From contig JAZTZH010000018.1 of assembly GCA_045637365.1 (NCBI GenBank), forward strand, positions 5,775 through 69,774: DNA of 64,000 nucleotides, given 5' to 3'. This DNA is from Acutalibacteraceae bacterium. GTDB taxonomy: Bacteria; Bacillota; Clostridia; Oscillospirales; Acutalibacteraceae. The notes under the pieces are model-generated. The model did no database searches. It saw only the letters and a program-made list of their open reading frames with translations, and was not told where the DNA came from. Positions 1 through 9,932 of the stretch are shown here, one piece after another; within the stretch, counting starts at the first letter, position 1; every line of letters begins with the position of its first letter. A program made the translations under genes and the position numbers.

Positions 1-1208
1 ATGTCCTTTACAGTGCGGAAGGAGTGCTTAAGGAGAGTGTGGAAGCTGCTTCTGTTCTTTTCGACACGAAGAAAACTCTCTACAGCACCGAGGGTTCATC
101 TCTTTCTATCCGTGCTATGGTTTATATTCTGAAGCTTTATGCACTTTCGCAGGGCAGAAAACCGAAAATCGCAGCCTTCCGTAATGCACATAAGACCTTT
201 ATAACTGCCTGCGCCTTGACAGGTACGGACATCGAATGGCTTTACGGCAAGGAAAGCAAGGGTATTACCTGCTGTAATATTTCGGCTGATGAAGTAAAGA
301 ATTATCTTGACAGCGTAGAAGAGCTTCCCGTGGCTCTTTATGTGACCTCGCCCGATTATCTCGGTAATATGGCGGACATAAAATCACTTTCAGCCGTCTG
401 TGATGAAAAGGGGATAATCCTCGCCGTGGATAATGCTCACGGAGCTTATCTGAATTTTCTTCCCGAAAATCTTCACCCGATTCATTTCGGCGCACACATT
501 TGCTGTGATTCTGCTCATAAAACTCTTCCTGTGCTCACGGGCGGAGGCTATCTGCACATTTCCCGTAAAGCTCCCGAACTTTTCTTTGAAAAGGCAGAGT
601 ATGCTCTTTCGCTTTTCGCATCCACCAGTCCCTCTTATCTTATTCTGCGCTCTCTGGACAAGGCTAACGTTTTACTCTCTGCAGATTATCCTGAAGTCCT
701 CGCAGACTTTATAAAAAAGGTGCAGAGACTGAAAGGTAATCTTGTCTCAAAGGGTTACTCTTTTATCGGTGATGAGCCTTTAAAGCTTACCTTCGACAGT
801 AAAAAATACGGCTACAGGGGTACAGAGCTGGCGGAATATCTCTATGCAAATAACATAGTGTGCGAATTCTCTGACGAAGACTATACAGTACTTATGCTTA
901 CCGACAGTAACACCGACGAAGACCTCGGGCTTTTGTCAAGAGTGCTGGAAGGTCTCCCGAAAAAAGAAGTACTTACGGAAAATCCGCCCGAAATAACACC
1001 TCCCGAAAGGGTTGTACCGCTTTCCGAATGTATTTATCTGCCTACAGAAGAGGTGGAGACGGAAAAAGCTCTCGGCAGAATATGCGGCAGCATAAACATC
1101 AGCTGTCCGCCTGCAGTTCCCATAGTGGTAGCTGGCGAGCGAATAGGTAAACCACAACTCGACCTTCTCGGATATTACGGTGTTGGGGAAATTGAAGTGG
1201 TGAAGTGA
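1..1208 (+). CDS. Orn/Lys/Arg decarboxylase-family PLP-dependent enzyme, 5' end cut by the window edge
   Basis: The reading frame is open from nt 3. The track start at 24 is a GTG inside that open frame. The motif CDSAHKTLPVLTGGGYL (PLP-lysine region) and overall layout resemble Bacillus YaaO/SpeA-type decarboxylases. Confidence 0.8.
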   Translation, partial: VLYSAEGVLKESVEAASVLFDTKKTLYSTEGSSLSIRAMVYILKLYALSQGRKPKIAAFRNAHKTFITACALTGTDIEWLYGKESKGITCCNISADEVKNYLDSVEELPVALYVTSPDYLGNMADIKSLSAVCDEKGIILAVDNAHGAYLNFLPENLHPIHFGAHICCDSAHKTLPVLTGGGYLHISRKAPELFFEKAEYALSLFASTSPSYLILRSLDKANVLLSADYPEVLADFIKKVQRLKGNLVSKGYSFIGDEPLKLTFDSKKYGYRGTELAEYLYANNIVCEFSDEDYTVLMLTDSNTDEDLGLLSRVLEGLPKKEVLTENPPEITPPERVVPLSECIYLPTEEVETEKALGRICGSINISCPPAVPIVVAGERIGKPQLDLLGYYGVGEIEVVK

Positions 1209-1219
1209 AATAATACAAT

Positions 1220-1262
1220 AAACTACGACCGTACATTATTAAGGTTGTGGTTTATTTTTTTT
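1220..1262 (+). terminator. Rho-independent terminator after the decarboxylase gene
   Basis: An 11-bp stem (aaactacgacc / ggttgtggttt, two G-U pairs) is followed by a T-run. Confidence 0.6.
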
Positions 1263-1307
1263 GCAGAGCATTCTGTTGAAAATACATAAAAAATCCCTTT
1301 GAAACCA

Positions 1308-1336
1308 TTGACAAAATTTAACTTTGGATATACAAT
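1308..1336 (+). promoter_or_regulatory. Sigma-A type promoter for the giant repeat-protein gene
   Basis: TTGACA (1308-1313), a 17-nt spacer, then TACAAT (1331-1336). It leaves a leader of about 200 nt before the ATG at 1540. Confidence 0.6.
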
Positions 1337-1539
1337 TATTGTGTATAATTGGCTGTATATAACTATATAGCTTGAATTGCTGAAAAAGAAAAAAGGCTCT
1401 GTGTACAGGAAGGTCAGACCTGATGGGTATTATCTTTTAAGGCAAGAACACGAAAGACCTCTTGCAGAATCAGCAGAGACACGGCGTACCGTGTTCGCAA
1501 AAGACTGAGAGGCAAATTCTAAAAGGAGATGATTAGAAA

Positions 1540-4500
1540 ATGAAAAACAAAACTTTCAAAAAATCATTATCAGTTCTTATGGCAGTGTTTATGCTTATGT
1601 CGAGCTGGGTATTCTTCCCGGGGATGTTACCTGAAGCAAGTGCGGCGGATGGTAGTGTTAATCCTTCTGCATTGACTGCTATTTATAACGGTAACGGTGA
1701 CAGAGGTAGTGCTACAAGAATAGTTATCTGCAGTGACGGTGAAGCAGGCAATACAACGATAGGTCATATCCGCTTCAATATTTCTTCATTTGCAAGTAAT
1801 ATTTCAAATGCGACTCTTACACTCAGCACAGGTATGCATACAGGTACAGGTGTTACTAACGCTCGTGTAGATGTTTATCCTATCAGCTCTGACCAGTGTC
1901 AGGCTACTGCAGGCACTTATGTTGTAAATAACATTAATGCCGTGTATGGTGGTAATTACAACTCAGCTACAGGTGTTAGTAATGCTCTTGGCTATTACGG
2001 TCTTTCAGTTTCTGACAGATTAGGAACATTCTATCAGGGTGCTACGAGTGCAACAATTAATGTAACATCAGCTGTTCAGAATGCAAAGGCTTCAGGTTCG
2101 AATGAAGTATGTTTCCTGTTCGTTATGCCTGAAATTTTCAATGATGGTAACGGAAACACATGGTCAGATACTCACATTAATGTTTCGGGCACCTCTCTTT
2201 CATATACCAAAGCAACCAATACAGCTTCAAATACAGGTGCGCCAATAGTTGATATTAATACAGATGCCGCAAATTCAGTTGTTGACCTTAATACAAATGT
2301 TACAACTATTCATGGTAGTTTTGAGTCAGATGATGATTATTTGGGAACTACTCATTATGATGCTATTTACCATAATGTTCTTTATACTGACGGACCTGTT
2401 ACGATAGCTGCATCGGCTACTTCCGCTAAGACAGAATACGGAAGTTCCTGGACAGGTTCTAATGGTGTTACTGTTTATTGGTATCATCCGACCGCTACCC
2501 TCCTTTATGACGGAGACAAAACTAATCTTCCTCGACTTGGTGTAGCGGTAAATCCGGTTATGTATTTCACCGGTACGTGGAGCAGAAAGTCAGTCAACAG
2601 ACTTAGTTGGATTGAATCCGGTGGCAATGGTTTTAGTATTAATGAAAACTGGCACGGTTCAGACGGCCGATTGAATTTTCAGTATATGTGGCACGGACAG
2701 TCAGCGATGATGGGTTACGATAAGAACGATACTGGTAACACCAGTTTATTCCAGACTCGTTCCGGCGATTCAGATAACCATTTTTATGCAAACCTTATCA
2801 AGTTTACAGATTCAATGGGCACAAATGAGTATTGGCGTTCAGCTCAGCCTTATTTCGGCTTTTACGGCGATAACGGAGATAATGGTAAAAAGATATATGC
2901 TCAATCCGGCGATACTCTTTATATTATTAACTATGTTCCTTTAAGAACGGCCATTGAAGATGCGATGACAAAACTTGCAGATATCAAGGCTAACCCTGCT
3001 AAATACACAACGGATTCTGTTGCGAAATTTGTTTCTGCGGCAAAATCACTTGTCGCAGCCAAACCTAATAATTATATTAATTCATCAAAAAATGATGTCT
3101 CAGGCTGGGCTTCAGCTGCGGAAAATGCCGTGAACGCCTATAACAGCGTCAAACTTGAAGTTGCAACCTATGATATGGGTTATGAGAACCTTTTCTCAAT
3201 ATCATCTTGGATTAACTCAAACTCATCAAAATCAGATAATGCTGATGTTAGCTATAATGCACAGTCAGGTACAATTACTGTTACAGGCAAAAATGACAGT
3301 ATGAATTATTGCTTTACAAAAGACGGCGGTGCCAGTATTTACACAATTCCTGTCGGTACAAGTTCAACTGACAGAACTTTTGTGTTTGAATGTGATGTTG
3401 TTGCTAATGGAGGAACCGGATATGTAATTGTTTTTGATACAAAAGCTGACAAACAGGGGTACGACGGTTTGCTGTCTGATGAGTGGACTCCTGCAACAGG
3501 TAAAATGGAAAATACTTTTACTGTTCCTGCAGGTTGTGACCGTATACATGTTCGTTTCGGTTCTGCCGGTGGAAATACTGCGAGTGCGACATTTTCAAAT
3601 ATTGCACTTTATGATAAAGCTCGCGCAGACGAAATCGGTATGAATGAATGGACATACAGACCTGTATCAAAGCCATATCAATACAATACTGTTATCGGTT
3701 CAAGTCTTGATGTTCCTGTAAGACCTGGTTACACCTTTAACGGTTGGTGGCTTGATCTTAATATGAATGGAATTAAAGATGGTGACGAAGGAAAGGGCGA
3801 TCCTTTAGCAGGCACTGACGGTAAGGTTGTTTCATTACAGAATTATGCTATTACAACTAATTACAATCTTATTTCTAATTGGACGGAAAATAAATATAAT
3901 ATTGCTTTTAACGCTAACGGTGGTACAGGTTCAACTGCAGGTATAAATAATGTTCTTTATTCTGCAGGAACTGTATTGACATCAAACGGCTTCATAAAAA
4001 CAGGCTATACCTTCAACGATTGGAATACCAAGGCAGACGGAACAGGTACTGCATACGCTAATGGTGCCACTGTATCGGAACTTTCTGTAACTAACGGCGC
4101 CACTGTAACTCTTTACGCACAGTGGAAAATAAATGCATATACCGTAAAATTTGTAAACGATGCCGGTACTACTGTTTCGACACAGACACTTGAATATGGT
4201 GCAACTCCCACTGTTCCCGCTAACACAGCATCATATAACGATGCTGACGGACACCATACATATTCATGGCCTGATGTCAGCACAGTAACAGGCGATGTTA
4301 CCTATGAAGAAATTAAAGATACGGTTGGTCACACCTACGATAAGCAGGAAGCAACAGATACATATAAGGCAACTGATGCAACTTGTGAAGTTCAGGCAAC
4401 ATATTATTACTCTTGCTCCTGTGGTGAAAAAGGAACAAATACCTTCGCTTACGGAGATTTAGCCGCTCACACTCCCGGTACAGCGGCTACATGTACAGAT

Positions 4501-7500
4501 CCTCAGAACTGTACAGTTTGCGGTGCTGAGATTAAAGGGGCACTCGGTCACACTGAAGTAACCGTACCCGGAAAAACAGCTACCTGTACATCTACAGGTC
4601 TCACAGATGGTAAGCAGTGTTCTGTCTGCGGTACTGTAACAGTTACACAGACAGAAATACCGAAGACTGACCACACCGAAGAAATCATCCCGGAAGTTCC
4701 GGCTACCTGTACTGCACCCGGTAAGACAGTAGGTAAGAAATGCTCCGTCTGCGGTGAAGTTATCGTGGCACAGCAGGAAATACCTGTTATCGCTCATACT
4801 GAAGCTACAAGAACAGAAAATGAAATCAATGCTACCTGTGGCACAGACGGTTCCTATGATCTTGTAACCTACTGTTCTGTCTGCGGTACTGTTATCAGCA
4901 CAGAAAAGAAGACAACCACGGCTACAGGAAACCATAATTACGGTACATGGAGCTTCTATGATGTAGATTCTCACAGACGTACCTGTAATAACTGTACTGC
5001 CTACGAGGACGGCTCACACGATTACAGCGGTGAAATCCGTCAGATAGAAAACAGTAATTTCCACGAGTACAAATGTAAGTACTGTAACGATTACGGTGTA
5101 GAAAGTACTCACGCTCTGAAGGAAGCCTGCTTCGGTGAAGGTACTGAATTTGTAAAGCTTGACGGTAATAATTCACAGCATAAGGAAATCTGTAAATGCG
5201 GCAGAGAAAAGAATGACGGTCACGCTCTTGTAAAGGTTGACGGCTCTTATGTGGCTCCCACCTGTGAAGCTACGGGAGAACAGGGCTGGAAGTGTACTGA
5301 ATGTGACTATACCTACACGGAAACTCTTGGTTCACTCGGACACGATTACGCTACAGAATTCACTGTAGATAAAAAGGCTTCCTGTACTGAGAACGGTTCT
5401 AAGTCAAGACACTGCGCACGCTGTTCATCTGTTACTGATGTAACGGAGATCGAGGCAAGAGAGCATAATCTTGAGGACGACACTGTACTTACAGAGGCTA
5501 CCTGTCTTACAGACGGTGAAATGATGCAGAAGTGTACTAACACGGAAACAGCTGAGTATGAGGCTTGTACATTCACCGATGTGGCAGTTATTCCTGCTAC
5601 AGGTCATAATATGGCAGCAGATACTGTAGTAGCTCCCACCTGTACGGATGAAGGTTACACAGTTTACAGTTGTTCGAATAAAGACTGCGATTATACAGAG
5701 AACAGAGACACAGTTTCCGCTCTTGATCACAGCTGGTCACAGTCCTATACCATGGAATCTGACGGTAAGGACGGTAAGCATTATCAGACATGTACAAGAG
5801 AAAACTGTGATGCAAGAACAGAATCTGTAGTTCATATATGGAGTGACGGTGTGATTAATCCCGACGCTGACTGTGAAAATCCCGGTGTTAAGATTTACAC
5901 CTGTAAGGCACACGAGTGCGGCGCTACATATACAGAAGTAATTCCCGCTAAGGGACATACAGCAGGTCCGGCAGCAACCTGTACAGAAGCACAGACCTGT
6001 ACAGTGTGCGGTGAAGTGCTTGTTGATAAACTCGGACACAAAGAAGAAACCATTGAGGGTAAGGATGCAACCTGCGAAGAAACAGGTCTTACCGATGGCG
6101 TTAAGTGTTCAGTATGCGGTGAAACACTCACAGCACAGAAAGTAATTCCCGCCGAGGGACATACAGCCGGTGAAACAGAAGTTGAAAACGAAGTTGATGC
6201 AAACTGTACGGTAGACGGTTCACACGATGAAGTAGTATACTGTACTGTATGTAATAAGGAACTCAGCAGAGAAAAGAAGACTGACGCAGCTCCCGGACAC
6301 ACAGCCGGTGCGGCAGCAACCTGTACAGAAGCACAGACCTGTACAGTGTGCGGTGAAGTGCTTGTTGATAAACTCGGACACAAAGAAGAAATAATTATCG
6401 GTAAGGATGCAACCTGTGAAGAAACAGGTCTTACCGATGGCGTCAAGTGTTCAGTATGCGGTGAAACACTCACAGCACAGAAAGTAATTCCCGCTAAGGG
6501 ACATACTGAAAAAGAAGCTGTAAAAGAAAATGTAACTCCTGAGAGTTGCGGTACGGACGGTTATTACGAGCTTGTAGTTTACTGTTCAGTATGTAACGAA
6601 GAGCTCAGCAGAACACCTCAGACAGTTCCTGCTACAGGAAATCATAATTATGCTACAGAAGTAGAAGGAACCAGAAAGCCTGCAACCTGTAAAGAAACAG
6701 GTTCCGTAACTATGCAGTGCGGATGTGGTGCTACGAAGGTTCAGATACTCGATATTGATGAAAATAATCATGTTAATGTTGTGACAGACGAGAAGGTTGA
6801 AGCTACCTGTTACGGAACAGGTCTTACAGAAGGCTCACACTGCGAAGATTGCGGTGACGTTCTTGTAGCTCAGACAGTAATCGAAAAGAAAGCTCACACC
6901 TCCGGTGAAGCAGTAACCGAAAACTTTGTTGACTCTTCCTGTTATGCAGAAGGTTCATATGATGAAGTAGTTTACTGTTCAGTATGTGAAGAAGCAGGTA
7001 AAACAGAAGAGCTCAGCAGAGAAACAAAGACTATTGATAAGAAAGAGCACACACCTGGTGAAGCAGTAACTGAAAACTTTGTTGACTCTACCTGTTATGC
7101 AGACGGTTCATACGATGAAGTAGTTTACTGTTCAGTATGTGCAGCTGCTGATCTCAAAGAAGAACTCAGCAGAACAGAAAAGACTATCGAAAAGAAAGCC
7201 CATACCCCCGGTGAAGCAGTTAAAGAAAATGTTAAGGCAGAATCCTGCGGAGCTGACGGTTCCTACGAAAGCGTAGTTTACTGTTCTGTATGTGATGCAG
7301 AAATCAGCAGAAGCACAGTAGTAGTTCCCGCAACAGGTGCTCACACCTACACTTACACTTCAACTGATGACGGTAAGCATACAGTAGGCTGTGAAAATTG
7401 CGACTACAGCAGCTCAGAAGCTTGCTCCGATACAGAAGGCGATAAAGACTGCCTTTGCGATAAGTGCTCATATGAGTTCGAGCATAAATGGGATGACGGT

Positions 7501-9450
7501 GAAATTACACAGAGTCCCACCTGTACAGAAAAGGGTGTCAAGACATTCACCTGTACAGAATGTGATGAAACCAGAACAGAAGATGTAGAAGCTGACGGTC
7601 ATAATTACGGTGAATGGAAAGAAGAAGTACCCGCTATCTGTAATAAGACAGGTACACTTGCTCACTATGAATGTTCAGTATGTCATAAGTATTTCGATGC
7701 AGATAAGACAGAAATCGCAGACATTACTATTGAGATTGCTCCTAATAACCATAATTGGGTAAAGGGCGAAACAGTAGATCCTACTTGTACGGTACAGGGT
7801 TATACAAATTATAAGTGCTCATACTGCGACAGCGAAAAGAGCGACGATTTTGTGGTTGCCAAGGGTCATGCCGAAGGCGAAGTTCAGATCGAAAACAAGG
7901 TTCCTGCAACATGTACGGTAGACGGTTCATATGATGAAGCAGTTTACTGTACCGTGTGTAAGATTGAGCTCAGCAGAGAAAATAAGGTTGATGCGGCACC
8001 CGGACATACAGCAGGTGATGCAGCAACATGTGATGATGCACAGATTTGTACAGTATGTAATACTGTTCTTGCAGAAGCACTCGGTCATGACTATACATCG
8101 AAAGTAACTACAGATCCCACATGTACAGAATCAGGCGTACGTACTTATACTTGTAATAATGATTCTACACATACATACACAGAAGTTATAGATCCCCTCA
8201 ACCATATTGATGAAAATCCCGTTGACGGTATCTGCGACAGATGTGATACAGATATCTGTAAGCATAATGAAACTACGGTTACTGAACGTGTAGAAGCCGA
8301 GTGTGAAAAAGCCGGTAATATCAAGTATTGGACATGTAACATCTGTGAAAAGATGTTCTCAGATGAAGAATGTAAAACTATAGTAGCCGCTGAAAATGTT
8401 ATTATTCCTGCACTTAACCATAAGAACACTCTCGTTCAGGTTGATGCACAGGCTCCCACATGTACAGCAATCGGTTGGGATGCATACGAATACTGCACAG
8501 CTTGTGAATACACAACTTATGCAGAAAAAGCAGCACTCGACCACGATATCGTAATTGATAAAGCAGTAGCACCCACCTGTACAACAACAGGTCTTACAGA
8601 AGGCTCACACTGTTCAAGATGTAACGATGCTACAATCGAACAGGAAGTAGTTCCTGTAAAGAATCACACACCATCTGAAGCAGTTAAAGAAAACGAAACT
8701 CCTGCTTCCTGTGGTACTGATGGCTTCTATGAAAGCGTAGTTTACTGTTCAGTATGCGGAAATGAAATCAGCAGAGAAACAGTTATCATTCCCGCTGACG
8801 GGGCACACGTTTTTGTGGAAACAGGAAGAAAAGAAGCTACCTGTAAGGAGCCCGGTGTTATCTACAAGACCTGTGGCTGCGGTGCTGTTAACACAGAAAT
8901 AATCCCCGTAAATGATAAACATGTCTTCGAAAACAACTGGGAAACAGTAGTTGAACCTACCTGTACCAAGGAAGGTAAGGAAAAGGATGTGTGCGTAGCA
9001 TGTCTTGGTCACGCTATTGAAAGAGTTATTCCTGTTAAGGAACATAACTACAAAAAGACTGTTGTTGCTCCTACCTGTGTAAACGGCGGTGAAACCATCT
9101 ATACCTGTAAGGATTGCGGAAGCGGTCACAGTGCAGACTACACAGAAGCTCTCGGACACTCCTACAGCAAGACTGTAATTGCACCTACCTGTGAAAACCA
9201 GGGTTACACAATCTACGAATGCGATAGATGTCCTGACAGTTATATCGGTGATATTGTCAAGGAAGCAGGTCATACGGACGGTGACGGTGACGGACTTTGC
9301 GATAGCTGTGATATAGATATAGTAGCAGGATGTGGTTGTGTATGTCATATGACAAGCTGTTTTGCACGAATTCTTTACAAAATAGTAAGATTCATCTGGA
9401 AACTTGTCGGTATCGCACCTGTATGCGGATGCGGACATGCACACTATTGA
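1540..9450 (+). CDS. Giant secreted surface protein (2,636 aa): signal peptide, FIVAR-like helix, Listeria-Bacteroides (Flg_new) repeats, about 40 His+3Cys mini-modules and a Cys/His-flanked amphipathic C-terminal tail
   Basis: RBS aaaaggaga lies upstream. The signal peptide ends ...PEASA|ADG. GYTFNGWW and GYTFNDWNTKADGTG...LYAQW are Flg_new signatures. A long run of H..C..CxxC modules follows (see findings). Confidence 0.9.
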   Translation: MKNKTFKKSLSVLMAVFMLMSSWVFFPGMLPEASAADGSVNPSALTAIYNGNGDRGSATRIVICSDGEAGNTTIGHIRFNISSFASNISNATLTLSTGMHTGTGVTNARVDVYPISSDQCQATAGTYVVNNINAVYGGNYNSATGVSNALGYYGLSVSDRLGTFYQGATSATINVTSAVQNAKASGSNEVCFLFVMPEIFNDGNGNTWSDTHINVSGTSLSYTKATNTASNTGAPIVDINTDAANSVVDLNTNVTTIHGSFESDDDYLGTTHYDAIYHNVLYTDGPVTIAASATSAKTEYGSSWTGSNGVTVYWYHPTATLLYDGDKTNLPRLGVAVNPVMYFTGTWSRKSVNRLSWIESGGNGFSINENWHGSDGRLNFQYMWHGQSAMMGYDKNDTGNTSLFQTRSGDSDNHFYANLIKFTDSMGTNEYWRSAQPYFGFYGDNGDNGKKIYAQSGDTLYIINYVPLRTAIEDAMTKLADIKANPAKYTTDSVAKFVSAAKSLVAAKPNNYINSSKNDVSGWASAAENAVNAYNSVKLEVATYDMGYENLFSISSWINSNSSKSDNADVSYNAQSGTITVTGKNDSMNYCFTKDGGASIYTIPVGTSSTDRTFVFECDVVANGGTGYVIVFDTKADKQGYDGLLSDEWTPATGKMENTFTVPAGCDRIHVRFGSAGGNTASATFSNIALYDKARADEIGMNEWTYRPVSKPYQYNTVIGSSLDVPVRPGYTFNGWWLDLNMNGIKDGDEGKGDPLAGTDGKVVSLQNYAITTNYNLISNWTENKYNIAFNANGGTGSTAGINNVLYSAGTVLTSNGFIKTGYTFNDWNTKADGTGTAYANGATVSELSVTNGATVTLYAQWKINAYTVKFVNDAGTTVSTQTLEYGATPTVPANTASYNDADGHHTYSWPDVSTVTGDVTYEEIKDTVGHTYDKQEATDTYKATDATCEVQATYYYSCSCGEKGTNTFAYGDLAAHTPGTAATCTDPQNCTVCGAEIKGALGHTEVTVPGKTATCTSTGLTDGKQCSVCGTVTVTQTEIPKTDHTEEIIPEVPATCTAPGKTVGKKCSVCGEVIVAQQEIPVIAHTEATRTENEINATCGTDGSYDLVTYCSVCGTVISTEKKTTTATGNHNYGTWSFYDVDSHRRTCNNCTAYEDGSHDYSGEIRQIENSNFHEYKCKYCNDYGVESTHALKEACFGEGTEFVKLDGNNSQHKEICKCGREKNDGHALVKVDGSYVAPTCEATGEQGWKCTECDYTYTETLGSLGHDYATEFTVDKKASCTENGSKSRHCARCSSVTDVTEIEAREHNLEDDTVLTEATCLTDGEMMQKCTNTETAEYEACTFTDVAVIPATGHNMAADTVVAPTCTDEGYTVYSCSNKDCDYTENRDTVSALDHSWSQSYTMESDGKDGKHYQTCTRENCDARTESVVHIWSDGVINPDADCENPGVKIYTCKAHECGATYTEVIPAKGHTAGPAATCTEAQTCTVCGEVLVDKLGHKEETIEGKDATCEETGLTDGVKCSVCGETLTAQKVIPAEGHTAGETEVENEVDANCTVDGSHDEVVYCTVCNKELSREKKTDAAPGHTAGAAATCTEAQTCTVCGEVLVDKLGHKEEIIIGKDATCEETGLTDGVKCSVCGETLTAQKVIPAKGHTEKEAVKENVTPESCGTDGYYELVVYCSVCNEELSRTPQTVPATGNHNYATEVEGTRKPATCKETGSVTMQCGCGATKVQILDIDENNHVNVVTDEKVEATCYGTGLTEGSHCEDCGDVLVAQTVIEKKAHTSGEAVTENFVDSSCYAEGSYDEVVYCSVCEEAGKTEELSRETKTIDKKEHTPGEAVTENFVDSTCYADGSYDEVVYCSVCAAADLKEELSRTEKTIEKKAHTPGEAVKENVKAESCGADGSYESVVYCSVCDAEISRSTVVVPATGAHTYTYTSTDDGKHTVGCENCDYSSSEACSDTEGDKDCLCDKCSYEFEHKWDDGEITQSPTCTEKGVKTFTCTECDETRTEDVEADGHNYGEWKEEVPAICNKTGTLAHYECSVCHKYFDADKTEIADITIEIAPNNHNWVKGETVDPTCTVQGYTNYKCSYCDSEKSDDFVVAKGHAEGEVQIENKVPATCTVDGSYDEAVYCTVCKIELSRENKVDAAPGHTAGDAATCDDAQICTVCNTVLAEALGHDYTSKVTTDPTCTESGVRTYTCNNDSTHTYTEVIDPLNHIDENPVDGICDRCDTDICKHNETTVTERVEAECEKAGNIKYWTCNICEKMFSDEECKTIVAAENVIIPALNHKNTLVQVDAQAPTCTAIGWDAYEYCTACEYTTYAEKAALDHDIVIDKAVAPTCTTTGLTEGSHCSRCNDATIEQEVVPVKNHTPSEAVKENETPASCGTDGFYESVVYCSVCGNEISRETVIIPADGAHVFVETGRKEATCKEPGVIYKTCGCGAVNTEIIPVNDKHVFENNWETVVEPTCTKEGKEKDVCVACLGHAIERVIPVKEHNYKKTVVAPTCVNGGETIYTCKDCGSGHSADYTEALGHSYSKTVIAPTCENQGYTIYECDRCPDSYIGDIVKEAGHTDGDGDGLCDSCDIDIVAGCGCVCHMTSCFARILYKIVRFIWKLVGIAPVCGCGHAHY
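5971..6494 (+). repeat. Near-identical duplication inside the giant gene: two copies of about 182 bp, 342 bp apart
   Basis: 5971-6152 and 6313-6494 encode ATCTEAQTCTVCGEVLVDKLGHKEE..GKDATCEETGLTDGVKCSVCGETLTAQKVIPA with only a few differences. Confidence 0.85.
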
Positions 9451-9469
9451 TATTCACACTTAATAATTT

Positions 9470-9502
9470 GCGGCCGTTCTTATGAACGGTCGCTTATTTT
9501 TT
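9470..9502 (+). terminator. Rho-independent terminator of the giant gene
   Basis: Stem gcggccgttc, loop ttat, stem gaacggtcgc, followed by ttatttttt. Confidence 0.8.
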
Positions 9503-9558
9503 GGGAAATACTACAAAAAAAGATTATAAATCTATAATAAAGTTTATTATAAAATAAC

Positions 9559-9586
9559 TTGAAAAATATGGCTGAAGTGCTATAAT
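9559..9586 (+). promoter_or_regulatory. Sigma-A promoter of the atp operon
   Basis: TTGAAA (9559-9564), a 16-nt spacer ending in TGc (extended -10), then TATAAT (9581-9586). Confidence 0.65.
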
Positions 9587-9605
9587 AAGCTAATGAGGTG
9601 ATACT

Positions 9606-9932
9606 ATGGCTCATAATATTATCGGCGCACTTACCTGTGCAGCAGCGGGATTTCTTATTGCTTATGTAAATTATGCATTAAGCAGGAAGATTCTCAGAAC
9701 TTGTCCTGAAAAGTTTGTGCTTTCCACTGTGGTAAGACAGGTCGTACAGGTGGGTTATCTTGCAGCTGTTTATCTGGTCGGGTCAGGATTCTCTGTCAAC
9801 ATTATCTATTTGCTGGCAGGAGCAGTAATCGGTATGACAGTGCCTATGCTTTTCTTTACTAAAAAGCTCGTGGCTTTTAATGAATCTCTTGCTCACAGAA
9901 CAGAAAGCGGAGAGGAGGATGAAAATGGGTGA
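9606..9932 (+). CDS. atpI: ATP synthase protein I (AtpI-like small membrane protein)
   Basis: A 108-aa protein with multiple hydrophobic helices, located directly upstream of atpB. RBS tgaggtga. Confidence 0.65.
   Translation: MAHNIIGALTCAAAGFLIAYVNYALSRKILRTCPEKFVLSTVVRQVVQVGYLAAVYLVGSGFSVNIIYLLAGAVIGMTVPMLFFTKKLVAFNESLAHRTESGEEDENG

Noticed and set aside
1343-1539. The 5' leader of about 200 nt on the giant gene, considered as a possible riboswitch or attenuator. It contains gaacacg...cgtgttc and acacgg-cgta-ccgtgt hairpins.
   Set aside because: It bears no resemblance to any riboswitch class I can recognise. The hairpins are short and there is no terminator/antiterminator pair.
4459-9444. 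Many long antisense and off-frame ORFs inside the giant gene (for example 4459-4974, 5895-6473, 8749-9444 on the minus strand).
   Set aside because: They are low-complexity Cys/Ser/Thr-rich shadows of the repetitive sense frame. They lack RBSs and recognisable motifs, and the sense frame is one continuous, well-supported 2,636-aa ORF.
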